Position numbers and translations under genes: made by a program
Assembly (NCBI GenBank): GCA_965116875.1
Contig: OZ220733.1
Coordinates: 192,001 to 256,000, forward strand
Length of the DNA stretch: 64,000 nt
Source of the DNA: Candidatus Latescibacterota bacterium
Lineage (GTDB): Bacteria; Latescibacterota; UBA2968; GCA-2709665
Reading direction: 5' to 3'
In this document: positions 19,325 to 29,617 of the stretch, one piece after another
How the letters are laid out: the number at the start of each line of letters is the position of its first letter
How positions within the stretch are numbered: the first letter of the stretch is position 1
Notes under the pieces: model-generated
Seen by the model: only the letters and a program-made list of their open reading frames with translations
Database searches by the model: none
What the model was told of the DNA's origin: nothing

Positions 19325-20056
19325 TCAGACCTCGCCGCAGGCACGGACAAATGCGTCCGACGTGGAAGTATAGCCGACGTTCGCTTCGATGAAACGGATC
19401 CCGAGGAAGCCCGCCAACCCTTCTGCCTCGGTTTCCGGGTATTCGAGGGTACTGCAGCAATCCCGAAGCACGATGACGCGGTAATTCCGGTACATGGCCT
19501 CGGTAACCGTCGTCCCCAGGCAAATCCGTGTGTCGAAGCCGACCGTCACCAGGTTGCGGATCCCCAGACTTCGCAGCAGCGAGTCCAGGTGGGTCTCGAA
19601 AAAGCCGCTGTACATCTGCTTCTTTACCAGATATTCGCCGGCCTCAGGGGCGATCACATCGGAAAACACAAGGATATCATTCGGTTCGGGCCACGCATCG
19701 AGCACGTCCACACCGCAGGTCCGGATGGACATGTTGCGCCACTCGGTCCGTTCATTGGTCGAGGGCGCCAGGTAATTCGTCACGTACACGACGGGAAGCC
19801 CAAGACTTTTCGCCGCGTCCTTGGCCGGCCGGATGTGCTCCACCACAATTTTCCGGTTTTTTTCGACTGCGGCGCGATACAACTCCGGAACATTCCCCGG
19901 ATCATCGTCGGGGTCATAGCCTTTTCCGTAGACGTCCACAAGGAAAAACGCCGTATCGTCCAGGCCCAGTTCAAGCTCCTGCTCCGCGTGGCCGAGATGC
20001 CGGGCGGGCGGGTGCTGCCGGTAATATCTGCATCTCAGACGGATCTTCTTTGACAT
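19325..20056 (-). CDS. Isochorismatase-family cysteine hydrolase
   Basis: FLVDV, KKQMYSGFFET.LD..LR, GFDTRIC, RDCC. Confidence 0.88.
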   Translation of the reverse strand: MSKKIRLRCRYYRQHPPARHLGHAEQELELGLDDTAFFLVDVYGKGYDPDDDPGNVPELYRAAVEKNRKIVVEHIRPAKDAAKSLGLPVVYVTNYLAPSTNERTEWRNMSIRTCGVDVLDAWPEPNDILVFSDVIAPEAGEYLVKKQMYSGFFETHLDSLLRSLGIRNLVTVGFDTRICLGTTVTEAMYRNYRVIVLRDCCSTLEYPETEAEGLAGFLGIRFIEANVGYTSTSDAFVRACGEV

Positions 20057-20071
20057 CGACGCCTCCAGCGA

Positions 20072-21055
20072 TCAGTGAGTCTCCACCGTTACCGGCGTCC
20101 TGCGTTCCAGGGACAGATATGCGGCTTCCGAAAGCCGCGCGACCTGCAGGGCAAAGTCGGGGGCTTCGTACCCCTCACCGCCGCTCCGGATCCAGTCGAA
20201 AAACGCCGCATCGGGCGTTGTCTCGCGAATCCGATCGGGGATCGCCATGGGTTCGTCGTTCACCAGCACCGCCTTTACATCCCACTTGTAGAGATGGAAG
20301 ACGATGCATCCTTCCGACCCGTGGATGGCAATGCGCTCATCGTGATCCCTGGCGTTCCCGAAGGTGCTGATCGTGCCAACCGAGCCTCCTTCGAAGCGTA
20401 CGTTCAGAACCGCGTTGATGTCCACCTCCTTGTCGCCGTAGTCCATAAGCGCGGAGACTTCCACCGGCGCCAGCCCGGTGATCCAGAGCGTGGACGCGAC
20501 CAGGTGACTGCCGGTATCCATGAACATACCGCCGCCCGAAAGCTCCGGATCCAGGCGCCATCCCTTCACGCCCCCCCAATTCTGAGTCACGTAGGACACC
20601 ACCCCTCGCAACGCTCCGATACGCCCCTCCCGAATCAGTTCACGGGCGCACACGTGAGGCGCGAAATAGTTCCTCTGGTAGCTCACCTGCAGAAATCGTC
20701 CCTTCTGCGCCGCCAGGTCGATTAAAGCCCGTGTGTCCCTTGAGGAAACCGTCAGAGGCTTCTCCACCAGCACGTGCAATCCCGCTTCAAGCCCGAGCCG
20801 CGCCTGCTCGAAGTGCATCGAATGCGGTGAACTGATGAAGATCGCATCGAGCGCCTCGTCCTGAACCATGCGGCGGTAGTCTTCGTAGTGGGTGACTCTT
20901 CCGCCGTATCGATCCATCAACAGACGGGCCTGTTCAGGCACCGGATCCGCCACGCAGACCAGCCTCACGTCCTTTTCCGCCTGAATCCGCGGTACGTGGG
21001 CGCCGCGCATATTGCCGCCGCAACCGATCAGACCCAGTCGAATTGCTTCAGCCAT
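20072..21055 (-). CDS. Gfo/Idh/MocA family oxidoreductase
   Basis: GLIGCG, ISSPHSMH, HVLVEKP, GGGMFMDTGSH. Confidence 0.93.
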   Translation of the reverse strand: MAEAIRLGLIGCGGNMRGAHVPRIQAEKDVRLVCVADPVPEQARLLMDRYGGRVTHYEDYRRMVQDEALDAIFISSPHSMHFEQARLGLEAGLHVLVEKPLTVSSRDTRALIDLAAQKGRFLQVSYQRNYFAPHVCARELIREGRIGALRGVVSYVTQNWGGVKGWRLDPELSGGGMFMDTGSHLVASTLWITGLAPVEVSALMDYGDKEVDINAVLNVRFEGGSVGTISTFGNARDHDERIAIHGSEGCIVFHLYKWDVKAVLVNDEPMAIPDRIRETTPDAAFFDWIRSGGEGYEAPDFALQVARLSEAAYLSLERRTPVTVETH

Positions 21056-21071
21056 TCCACCCTCCATCGTG

Positions 21072-21917
21072 TCATTTGTTATCGCCCCCAGACCCGCACA
21101 AACACGATCTGACGTACTCCAGATTCCTGAGACTGTTTGCCGCCAGCCCGGTGAACGCGCTGTCGGCCACCTCAAACGCATCCGGACTGATGTCCAGATG
21201 CGTCTCCACCACAACGAAGCCGCTGAACCCGTCTGCAGAAAGGGCGCCCAACTGCCCGGGCCAGTCCACGAGCCCCGCTTCCGCCAGAGACCAGGCGCCC
21301 GTGCCCGGATCGAAATTCTTCACGTGTACGTGGGTTACCAGATCCTTCAGATTCGCATATTCCTCCGGATACGGCGACGCAGTACCCGCCCGGGCGGAAT
21401 TGCCGGGGTCCCAGCAAAGCGAGATTCTCTCTTCGCCCACCTGTCGAATCAGCCAGGCCGCCTCGGCGCCTGTCGCCCCCCAGCAGACCGCTTCGTTTTC
21501 CAGGGCCAGACGACAACCCTCCCTCGCCGCGACGTCGGCCATCTGTCCCAACCGGTCCACAGCCGCCGCGGGAGGACGGGGCGCCGCCGTCCGCTCAAAC
21601 GCGAAACAGGACATGCGATCGGTGCCCAATCGCAGCGCCCATTCGCACGCCCTGGGAAGCGATTCGCACAGGTGTGCGTCGATCCGGGGATTATCCAGCG
21701 GCCCCTTGAAAAAGCCCGGAGAAACCCCCGAAATGCCCAGACCCGCGTCCCGGACGCGCTCGTGGAAGGCTGTCAGCTCACTGTCGTCCACGGCCGGGAA
21801 CCGGCCGCCCGCGAGCTGACGCAACTCCACGTGCGAAACCCCCCAATCCGCCGCGAGGGATAGTGCCCGCGCCGGATCGTACCGATCGATTTCATCCGCA
21901 AAGATCGAAATCTCCAT
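21072..21917 (-). CDS. Sugar phosphate isomerase/epimerase (AP endonuclease 2 TIM barrel)
   Basis: FADEI, VELR, LALENE, WDPGN, HVHVKN, VVETH metal ligands. Confidence 0.88.
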   Translation of the reverse strand: MEISIFADEIDRYDPARALSLAADWGVSHVELRQLAGGRFPAVDDSELTAFHERVRDAGLGISGVSPGFFKGPLDNPRIDAHLCESLPRACEWALRLGTDRMSCFAFERTAAPRPPAAAVDRLGQMADVAAREGCRLALENEAVCWGATGAEAAWLIRQVGEERISLCWDPGNSARAGTASPYPEEYANLKDLVTHVHVKNFDPGTGAWSLAEAGLVDWPGQLGALSADGFSGFVVVETHLDISPDAFEVADSAFTGLAANSLRNLEYVRSCLCGSGGDNK

Positions 21918-21976
21918 TTTCCACTCCCCGGCGTCTCCGTCCACTGCGCCCGTTCTGCGATTTATCGCGTGTCCCT

Positions 21977-22768
21977 TCATGAATCCTGCGGCCCCACAGG
22001 TTGGAGTGCCTCGATCATCTCTGTAGAAGTGACCGAGTACTTGCCGAACATCTCCAGAAACAGAATCGCGCCGCGGGTCTGCCACAACCCGTCCTGTGTT
22101 TCGAACGACTCCATGCCCGTACCACAATCCCTCAGGATGATGACCTCGTAGCCGCGCTTGCTCATTTCGATCGTTCCATAATCCCGCAGGAGGATGCACG
22201 CGTTGGTATTGAACCCCAGAAAGAACAGGAACAGGATCCCCTCTCGTTCGCAATACCGGTGCAGCTCTTCCCCGTTGTAGATGACAACCTCTCCGTCTTC
22301 CACGTGAACCAGCGGGTGCATCCGGCGCCTGGAACGCATTTCCACGATTTCTGGCTCCCTCGGCTCATCGGGTCTGGCATAGGCCGCGTACGCTCCGGCT
22401 TTGGATCTGAACTCCCGGGGCGGCCACGTTTCCCCCGAACCGGCCGGCTTCGACGGATCGTCGATCAGCTTCACCCAGGCCGGATGATGTTCGGCCAGAC
22501 CCGGCGCCGGCGCGTGGATGAGCCGCATGCCGCCCTTGCGGCAAGCCGCGAGCAGCGGAACGATGCGCGTCTCCACGATCGCGTCCGCCCGCTCCGCCGG
22601 TTCCTTCAGGTAGTGCTCTTCCCACACGTCCACCAGCACAAGCGCGGACTGCGAAAGCGGTACCCGCCAATCCAGATGGGCGTAATCCGTATTCTTCTCC
22701 TCCCAGGATACACCGGGGTCCACGTGCCACCGGTAATACCTCGGCCTGATGTGAAGTTCCCTTTCCAT
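21977..22768 (-). CDS. Isochorismatase-family protein
   Basis: ALVLVDVW, IHAP, GFNTNACI, ILRDC. Confidence 0.82.
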   Translation of the reverse strand: MERELHIRPRYYRWHVDPGVSWEEKNTDYAHLDWRVPLSQSALVLVDVWEEHYLKEPAERADAIVETRIVPLLAACRKGGMRLIHAPAPGLAEHHPAWVKLIDDPSKPAGSGETWPPREFRSKAGAYAAYARPDEPREPEIVEMRSRRRMHPLVHVEDGEVVIYNGEELHRYCEREGILFLFFLGFNTNACILLRDYGTIEMSKRGYEVIILRDCGTGMESFETQDGLWQTRGAILFLEMFGKYSVTSTEMIEALQPVGPQDS

Positions 22769-22849
22769 AATTGCTCCATCGTTGAAGGGCAGGAAGGAAT
22801 GCGACGTTTCTGATGGTGTATCCGGATACTGCAGGTCCGCCTGATGCAG

Positions 22850-23656
22850 TTACGTATGCGCCGTCAGTGTCAGGGTGCGCTTGCCGTCCAGGCCGGAGAC
22901 CACCGGAAACGTTTTTTCGGATGGACCCTTTTCGCCCGGCACATAACGGACCGTCGGCGGGAAATAGGCATACAGCGCGGTGTGGCGCGGGCGAGGCGAC
23001 GTGTTCGGACCGGACCCGTGCACTGTCAGCGAATGAAACAGTACGGCGTCACCCGCCTTCAGCGATACGTCGATTCGGTTGGAAAGATCCACGTCTTGCC
23101 GATCCGTCAGCGATTCATCCTGACGACGGGCAATGTGTCCCCAGGACTGCAACCCCCATCTGTGGCTTCGGGGCAGGACCTGGATGCACCCGTTTTCCGG
23201 GCTGGCATCGGTCAGTGCGATACTTACGGTGACCAATGCCGGGGGCTGCATCGGCCAGTACGCGGAATCCTGGTGCAACCCGTGCGACGACCCGTGCCGG
23301 GCGGGTTTCAGCATCAGCGTACTCCGGAACAGAAGCAAGTCAGGTCCAAGAAACGACCCGACGAGGCGAATGAGCCGTGGATGCGCCGCCAGATCCCTGA
23401 AGATCTCGGAAAATTCCCGAGTCTGTTCGATTTTACGCAACACCGGCAGACCCTTCCGCGTGGCCTTTCCTGTAAAGGGTTCGAGTTGAAAACGACCTGA
23501 TGCGGGATCGCCGCGCGCATCGAGTTCGACTGCCAGACGATGCAACCGCTCGATTTCCCGCTCGCAAGCGGCCACCTCTTCCGCGGAAAGCAACGCCCTC
23601 GCCACGAGATAGCCATCTTCCTCGAATCGAATTTTCCGTGCATCCGGTTCCATCAT
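22850..23656 (-). CDS. Phytanoyl-CoA dioxygenase (PhyH) family Fe(II)/2OG oxygenase
   Basis: FEEDGYL, LKP, HQDSAYW, ENGC...P.SH, FHSLTVHGSGPN..R. Confidence 0.93.
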   Translation of the reverse strand: MMEPDARKIRFEEDGYLVARALLSAEEVAACEREIERLHRLAVELDARGDPASGRFQLEPFTGKATRKGLPVLRKIEQTREFSEIFRDLAAHPRLIRLVGSFLGPDLLLFRSTLMLKPARHGSSHGLHQDSAYWPMQPPALVTVSIALTDASPENGCIQVLPRSHRWGLQSWGHIARRQDESLTDRQDVDLSNRIDVSLKAGDAVLFHSLTVHGSGPNTSPRPRHTALYAYFPPTVRYVPGEKGPSEKTFPVVSGLDGKRTLTLTAHT

Positions 23657-23694
23657 CAGCCTTCTGAGATGTTTACGCCGCCTGCATCCGTAAA

Positions 23695-23723
23695 ACCGTA
23701 CAAAACGAACCCGATTCTGTCAA
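23695..23723 (-). promoter_or_regulatory. sigma70-like promoter of the PhyH-led operon
   Basis: TTGACA (23723-23718), 17-bp spacer, TACGGT (23700-23695). Confidence 0.45.
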
Positions 23724-23834
23724 ACACAAAACCATAAGGCAGTCAGAGAATCTGAAATGCGACAATCAGCCTTCCACTGCGATTACACAATGGAGTTCCC
23801 GCGCGATCCGGACGACCAGTACAGCGGAACAATG

Positions 23835-24303
23835 GCCACAAAAAGCTCAGAAGGCACAGAAAACAACAAATGCAAAGCGGGATGTGTAAGAACCTCTCCT
23901 GGACCGTATTGGGTACAGCTGCCACCGGTGCTATTCGCCGGTCAACAGGGTCGTTTTTCTCATTTTGTGTTTTTGTGCCTTTTATGGCAATTGCCTTGCT
24001 GGAAAAATGACCACAAAGGGACCAAAAGCCAACCATTGTGAAGAAAAGTCGACCGTCCGAATCGGGTCTTTGCCTTATACGTAACCATCCTGCGGTTCAC
24101 GGAATATGGTATTTTGCATTTGTGTTCTTGTGCATCTTGTGGCAGATTGACCTACTAAAGTATGATTTCCTTACCTGGAGTTTTGGTGCCCCAGGGTGCG
24201 ACGAAACGCCCTGTGTCCATGTGGAGTTTTCGCAATATTCTTAACCATTTAATGGTTCACGGAGTAAGGCCTATCCCACACTGTGTCTTGCGCCCTTTGT
24301 GGC
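23835..24303. repeat. Cluster of about five degenerate ~25-bp GCCACAAA..GCACAA..ACACA repeats in both orientations
   Basis: Copies near 23835(+), 23963(-), 24009(+), 24119(-), 24281(-). Confidence 0.6.
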
Positions 24304-24319
24304 AATGGGAGGACCGCTA

Positions 24320-24607
24320 ATGCGATTTCCAGTTGCGATTCACAAAGACGACGGTACTGGCTATGGCGTCACCGTGCCGGACCTTCCGGGGTGCTTCTCG
24401 GCAGGAGAAACTCTGGAAGACGCCATTGTCTCAGCTCACGAAGCCATCGCCTGCCACATTGAGGGGCTGTTGATGGATGGTGAGCCGATTCCCGATCAGG
24501 CGCCCATCGAGAACCACCGGGCTCGCGAAGCCGGAGATCCGACCTGGGCAATCGTGTCCGTCGACGTATCCAGGCTGTCGAGTGCGATCCAACGAGACGA
24601 ATCTTGA
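24320..24607 (+). CDS. hicB: HicB-family antitoxin (N-terminal domain only)
   Basis: YGVTVPDLPGCFSAGETLEDA...EAIACHIEG...GEPIP; GGAGG RBS. Confidence 0.88.
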   Translation: MRFPVAIHKDDGTGYGVTVPDLPGCFSAGETLEDAIVSAHEAIACHIEGLLMDGEPIPDQAPIENHRAREAGDPTWAIVSVDVSRLSSAIQRDES

Positions 24608-24644
24608 GCGTCGGAGGAGGCCGCAAACCCCGTCTCAAGGGTCC

Positions 24645-26831
24645 TCACCCCGGATTCATAGCCAGCCAGGATCTCAGCGCCGGCGCCTGCGGGTGGTTTG
24701 GTGCAAGGGTCAAAACTTTCCTGAAATTCGTGCGGGTTTTCTCCACGTCCCCCAACGTGTGATAGACTACGCCCAGGTTGTAGAAGCCCTCGGCGTACCC
24801 GGGGTCCAGCGCCACGGCCTGCTCGTAGGCGGAAATGGCCTGTTGAACCTTCCTCAGGCCGTGATACGCGTTCCCGAGATTCGAATGCGCCCTCGCATTG
24901 CCGGGATTCAGCTCAATCGCTTTTCGGTATGCGCCAACGGCCGCGTCGAACTGTCCCGTTCTATAGTACAGATCGCCCACATTGTAATAGGCCGCCACGA
25001 ACTGCGGATTCAATCCAATCGCGTCCTCGAAATAACCTGCCGCCCGGTCATATTCCCTCAGACCGTACAAAGCGTTGCCCATCTGGAACCGGGCTTCCGC
25101 GAAGTCCGGCTTCAGCGCAATCACCTTCTCAAAGTGTTCGATCGCCAGTTCGTACTTCCCGGTATCGTAGTAAAGATTCCCAAGGTTATAGTGGGCTTCC
25201 GCGAAGTCCGGCTGCAGCGCAATACCCTTCTGAAAATAAGCCGCCGCGCGATCGTACTGCTTCAAATCGTAATACAGATTGCCGAGATTGTAATAGCCGC
25301 CCGCGAATTCCGGATCGGCATCAACGACGCTTTCATACGCCCGGATTGCCTGAACGCCCCTGCCGTGATCCCTGTGATATACCGCAAGCGTCTCCCATCC
25401 GTGCGAGCGGGCGTGCGCCGACAGATATCTCCCCTTCAGATGGCTGGAAAACCGCGCTTTTGCCGATAATTCGTCCGCGTTGACGCCAATCCAGGACACC
25501 GTGTGCAGGACCGCGGCCGCGCAGATCAATCCGGCGGTGTCCGCCGAGACAAAGCGATCCCGAAGCTCGCGGACCAGAGTAAGCGCCGCCCACAACGTCA
25601 TGGGCAATGCCGCAAAAGCGAACACATCCCAATCCCTGAAAGCGCCAAGTTCGGGGTTCGCGACTACGGTAAACAGAATCGGAAACAGCGCGGCGATCAA
25701 AACAAACTGCCGATCGGGCCCCTGCAGCCAGCGCGTCCTTCGGCATAGAAGCAAAACCATCAGAGAAGCTGGCGCAACGAGGAAGGTTTGATTCACGAAA
25801 TCAACCCATTTTCCCATCGAAAACAACCTGTAGTGCTGTTTGGGGCCGGGTTCCGCAAACAGGTTCAGGATATAAAACCCCTGTCTCTTTTGAAGATACG
25901 CGAACAGGTCGAACTGGATCAGCAGGAGCGCACCGAAGAAAACCACCGCGCTTAACAGCATGGCGAATGCCGCTCTTGCGGCCGACCGCCCGGAAACCGT
26001 TGTACCGGAGAAGCCATGCGCCCGGCCTTTGAGTATCGCCAGCGCCAGCAGGGAAGGCGCAAGCGTCATCATCGTAATGTGGAGCGCCATCAGGACGCCC
26101 AGCAACGCCGCGGGCCACCAGATCGCCAGCCTGCCTTCGAGCACGCGAATGCCCAGGAGCAGGTAAAGCAACATAAACGGGAACAGAAACGCGTAATTCT
26201 CAACGTATGCAAAAAAGAGTTGCATATACCCGGCCCCCAACAGCAGAGCCAGAATCAGAAACCGCTCGAGGGCGTCTTTTCCAAGGTGCCGTGCGGCATA
26301 TCTGGCAACAACCAGAAACAGAACCCCGGAAAGACAACTGAATATGCGATACGTGGTCTCGGCGGAAGTCCAGGCGAACGCCCCGGCACGGTGCAGCCCC
26401 CTCACGGTCCAGAACGTCAGAGGCGCGCGGTCCGTCCTCGGGATTTCCGACCAGAAATCCTCCAATTCGCGCATCAGCATCATTCCGTCGCCGAGCAGAT
26501 GCACAGCGGAACGCATGCCCAGGAATAACAGGAGGCCGCCCGACAAGAGCAGGACCCACGAAAGAACCGCTTGCCGGGCGCTGTCTCCGCTGTCGAAAAG
26601 CCGCGCAAAGCCCCACGTCCATCTCCCCAGGCGACCACGAGCGGCCAGAATAAGCAGCGCCACGCTCAACAGAACGAATATCAAACGGAACACGGAGTCG
26701 TGGAACCGAAGGGAATCGGCGCCCCAGACTGACACGGGTTGCCAGTAGGCGAACAGAACGTGCAGCCCGAGAAAAAACCCGACCACAACAATCGGCTTGC
26801 CGGAACCCGAGCCATCTTCTTTGCGGGGCAT
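24645..26831 (-). CDS. Polytopic membrane protein (GT-C-like) with C-terminal TPR array
   Basis: Many TM segments, LLGDG and FAYVENY loops, repeated P.FAEAHYNLGNLY TPR units. Confidence 0.8.
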   Translation of the reverse strand: MPRKEDGSGSGKPIVVVGFFLGLHVLFAYWQPVSVWGADSLRFHDSVFRLIFVLLSVALLILAARGRLGRWTWGFARLFDSGDSARQAVLSWVLLLSGGLLLFLGMRSAVHLLGDGMMLMRELEDFWSEIPRTDRAPLTFWTVRGLHRAGAFAWTSAETTYRIFSCLSGVLFLVVARYAARHLGKDALERFLILALLLGAGYMQLFFAYVENYAFLFPFMLLYLLLGIRVLEGRLAIWWPAALLGVLMALHITMMTLAPSLLALAILKGRAHGFSGTTVSGRSAARAAFAMLLSAVVFFGALLLIQFDLFAYLQKRQGFYILNLFAEPGPKQHYRLFSMGKWVDFVNQTFLVAPASLMVLLLCRRTRWLQGPDRQFVLIAALFPILFTVVANPELGAFRDWDVFAFAALPMTLWAALTLVRELRDRFVSADTAGLICAAAVLHTVSWIGVNADELSAKARFSSHLKGRYLSAHARSHGWETLAVYHRDHGRGVQAIRAYESVVDADPEFAGGYYNLGNLYYDLKQYDRAAAYFQKGIALQPDFAEAHYNLGNLYYDTGKYELAIEHFEKVIALKPDFAEARFQMGNALYGLREYDRAAGYFEDAIGLNPQFVAAYYNVGDLYYRTGQFDAAVGAYRKAIELNPGNARAHSNLGNAYHGLRKVQQAISAYEQAVALDPGYAEGFYNLGVVYHTLGDVEKTRTNFRKVLTLAPNHPQAPALRSWLAMNPG

Positions 26832-26861
26832 AATCGCTCGCTCTCTGTGCAGCCGGTAGGC

Positions 26862-26965
26862 GCGCGCCCATAAGGGACGCGCCTGCAAGACCAGGTATCC
26901 ACGAATTGAACGCTCAGGGTTCGACGCCGGCGTCAGAATTGCAGGGGCGTCCCATGTGGGCGCCC
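26862..26965. repeat. Inverted pair of GTAG-type REP variants
   Basis: GCGCGCCCATAAGGGACGCGCCTGC (26862-26886) and GCAGGGGCGTCCCATGTGGGCGCCC (26941-26965). Confidence 0.7.
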
Positions 26966-27011
26966 GGACAATGGTGCTGACAACCGTGAGTCAATTGCGC
27001 AGGGGGAGAGG

Positions 27012-29546
27012 TCACCGCGGCGTCCGTTGCACGATCCGCCGCCCCACCAATACCACAGCCGCCGCGAGCAGCAGGACGACGTCTACGATCAACAGGGAGA
27101 ACCGCAGCGGCGAAAGCGTGGGTTCCAGTACAATCCGGTTCTCGCCGGGACCCAGTTTCAACGCCACAAACCGACCGGCCGTCGTGTACGGCTGCACGTC
27201 ACGGCCGTTCAGGGTGATGCGCTGATGCGGATAGGCCGTATATGCCAGCCGCGCAAAACAGGCCGCGCTGGCGTGTACGACCAGTTCGACCCGCTGGTTC
27301 CATACCCGATGCGCCAGAACGTCCACCCGCGGCGACGTGTCCAGGTCTTCCTTCACGTGCTCGTCTGTCACAAGAATCTGCTTGCACGTACGGTTCCCTG
27401 CATCGACTTCCATCGCCTGCAGCATCTTCACGAAGTTGCTCAATGCGAAGCTCTTCATTCTGCGCGCTTCCCGTTCATCCACGTTGGACCCGGACCGGGC
27501 GCGCGCCCGGTCCAGTTCACGAACCGGATAGGGCCATCCGGAGATCCTCGACGAAACGACGACAGGACTGGCTTCCGGGAACTCTTCGTGAAAGATCCGG
27601 TCCTGTTCGGAATCTGAATACAACAGGTGGCGCGTGTTCATCAGGAAGAATCCCGCGCGGATGAGATCGTATCCCGTCATCTCGTTCAGGCTCGAACCTT
27701 CTTCCAAGCGCTGCAGCGAAAGGTGAAGCAGATCCTGGAAACGACGGACAAAAGCAGGTACCGACAGCGGGTATTGCGTGAACGTATCCAGAGGTGTTGC
27801 CAGACCCGTCCGGAGGGCCATCCAGGGAATGATGAAGTGATAATAGATCCTGTTGGTCGTATGGAACAGCCGATGGCCTGGAATCTGCCCGTCTTCATAG
27901 GTCGCAAGTTCCTCCCGGAACCGTCTGTACACGGGATGATGCTGCAGGGGAAGCGGCTTCACAACCGGCCAGGCGTTCGGGTCCCGTCGCAGGTCCTGCA
28001 AATCGCGCGGGCCGATTCCGGACGCCACGCCGGAAGACCGGTAGGGCTGCTGGAAGGTGGTTGGCCCCAGGTCCGCCAGCACCACCACGAGAATTGCCAC
28101 GAAGACCCCGACGGGGCGTTTTCGCCCGGCGGCTCGCGCGGCCGCAAACAAACCAACCAGCACGGCGATAAAGAACACCGTAAACAGCAGGTAGCGAGAG
28201 GCGCTCATCGCCTGCACAACCTCGAGGGACTTGAGAACCGGCCACCGGTAACCGAATACCAGGAGCAGCGACCCGATCAGACAGATGCCGATCGGAAATC
28301 CCCATTTCCGCACTTCAGCCCGTTCGCTCCGGACTGTTTGCACCAATCCCCACAACGCAATCGCTGCGAGACTCACCCCAAGGTATCCGCCGTACCAGTG
28401 GTCCTGCGCCTGAAAGAGGCGGAAGCGGTAGTTGGACCAGAGCAACAGATGCCGCCACGTGGGCACCGGAAAGTCGGACATGTAGAACCCGGCGTGAAGC
28501 CCCGTCAATCCCCGTTCCAGAACCATCGGAATCGTCAGATAAGCGCCCAGCATCGTGCCCCCGCCGAAGAGCAGCAGACCGTGCCGGACTGAAAAAGGCG
28601 TGTCTCCCCGTCGGGTCATCCGGTACCTGACGACCGCGTACAGGAGCAGAAAGAACGTCGCCCAGAATCCGTACCCGGGATGCGTAACGTGCAGACAGCC
28701 CAGCGCGATCCCGCCGCCTATGGCCTGGGCAAGCCGGTTCGCATGGTTCCGTAGCCCCTCCCAGAAGAAGAACGGAAACGGCAGCAGGGCATAGAACAGC
28801 GACAGCGGCAGCCTGCCCATGATGAGAACCTGCTGCGTATGCCAGAAACTCAACACGTATGCCAGCCCCGCGGCGAATCCGGCCTGTCGCGACCCGGTAA
28901 GCCGCCTCACGAAGAGATATACGCCGAGCCCGGAAAGCGCGTGCGTGGCGCCAAGCGCGAATTTGATTGAAACGAACGGCGCCTGAAGCACGAGATTGAC
29001 CAGCCCGACCAGGTAGTAGAACAGGAAGCCGTAAAACTGCAGGTAGGGTGTGCCGTTGCAGAAATAGTGCGTCCAGATCGGGACTTCACCCTGCATCATC
29101 GACGTGGCCGCCAGCCAGGCGTACGTCACGTGCAAATACGTATCTGCGCCGTGCGCAAATTCCCCCCCGGCAAAATAAAAGCGAACCAGTATCAGACTCC
29201 CCAGAACAAGGAGTACGACCGTTCGCCTTTCGCTTTCGAAAACATGCTCGAAAAACGCCGAGAGCCGCCGCCCGCGCCACTCGATACCGACCAGCAGTAT
29301 GCAAACGGAAAGAATCAGCACCAGCAGCGATGCATCAACGGCGCTGAGATCCACGAACCGCGATACAACGGAAAGGAATCCCTGTAGACTTTGATACCTC
29401 AGGCCCGGTCGGAGAACGCCGAACTTGCCAAGCGTCACAACCTGGAACAAAATCAACAGCCCTGCCAGCAACGCCAGCAGGGCCGACACGTCCAGGGGCC
29501 ATCCGGTCCGTTTACGTCCCTCAGGCCGATTCAAATTGTTGTCCAC
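27012..29546 (-). CDS. YfhO / PTPS-related GT-C-type membrane glycosyltransferase-like protein
   Basis: GADTYLH, P.WT..FCNGTPYLQFYG, multiple TMs, YLG, RYL, C-terminal RLAY..YP....LNG...LGPGENRI.L domain. Confidence 0.72.
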   Translation of the reverse strand: MDNNLNRPEGRKRTGWPLDVSALLALLAGLLILFQVVTLGKFGVLRPGLRYQSLQGFLSVVSRFVDLSAVDASLLVLILSVCILLVGIEWRGRRLSAFFEHVFESERRTVVLLVLGSLILVRFYFAGGEFAHGADTYLHVTYAWLAATSMMQGEVPIWTHYFCNGTPYLQFYGFLFYYLVGLVNLVLQAPFVSIKFALGATHALSGLGVYLFVRRLTGSRQAGFAAGLAYVLSFWHTQQVLIMGRLPLSLFYALLPFPFFFWEGLRNHANRLAQAIGGGIALGCLHVTHPGYGFWATFFLLLYAVVRYRMTRRGDTPFSVRHGLLLFGGGTMLGAYLTIPMVLERGLTGLHAGFYMSDFPVPTWRHLLLWSNYRFRLFQAQDHWYGGYLGVSLAAIALWGLVQTVRSERAEVRKWGFPIGICLIGSLLLVFGYRWPVLKSLEVVQAMSASRYLLFTVFFIAVLVGLFAAARAAGRKRPVGVFVAILVVVLADLGPTTFQQPYRSSGVASGIGPRDLQDLRRDPNAWPVVKPLPLQHHPVYRRFREELATYEDGQIPGHRLFHTTNRIYYHFIIPWMALRTGLATPLDTFTQYPLSVPAFVRRFQDLLHLSLQRLEEGSSLNEMTGYDLIRAGFFLMNTRHLLYSDSEQDRIFHEEFPEASPVVVSSRISGWPYPVRELDRARARSGSNVDEREARRMKSFALSNFVKMLQAMEVDAGNRTCKQILVTDEHVKEDLDTSPRVDVLAHRVWNQRVELVVHASAACFARLAYTAYPHQRITLNGRDVQPYTTAGRFVALKLGPGENRIVLEPTLSPLRFSLLIVDVVLLLAAAVVLVGRRIVQRTPR

Positions 29547-29617
29547 ACCTGTATTCCGTTCGTCTGCCAGGACCGGCGCATGCCGTGTGCCAATTGTCCT
29601 GCCACCCGTCCGCAGGT

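Noticed and set aside
23835-24303. Possible CRISPR array
   Set aside because: Repeats are degenerate, in mixed orientation and irregularly spaced; no cas genes
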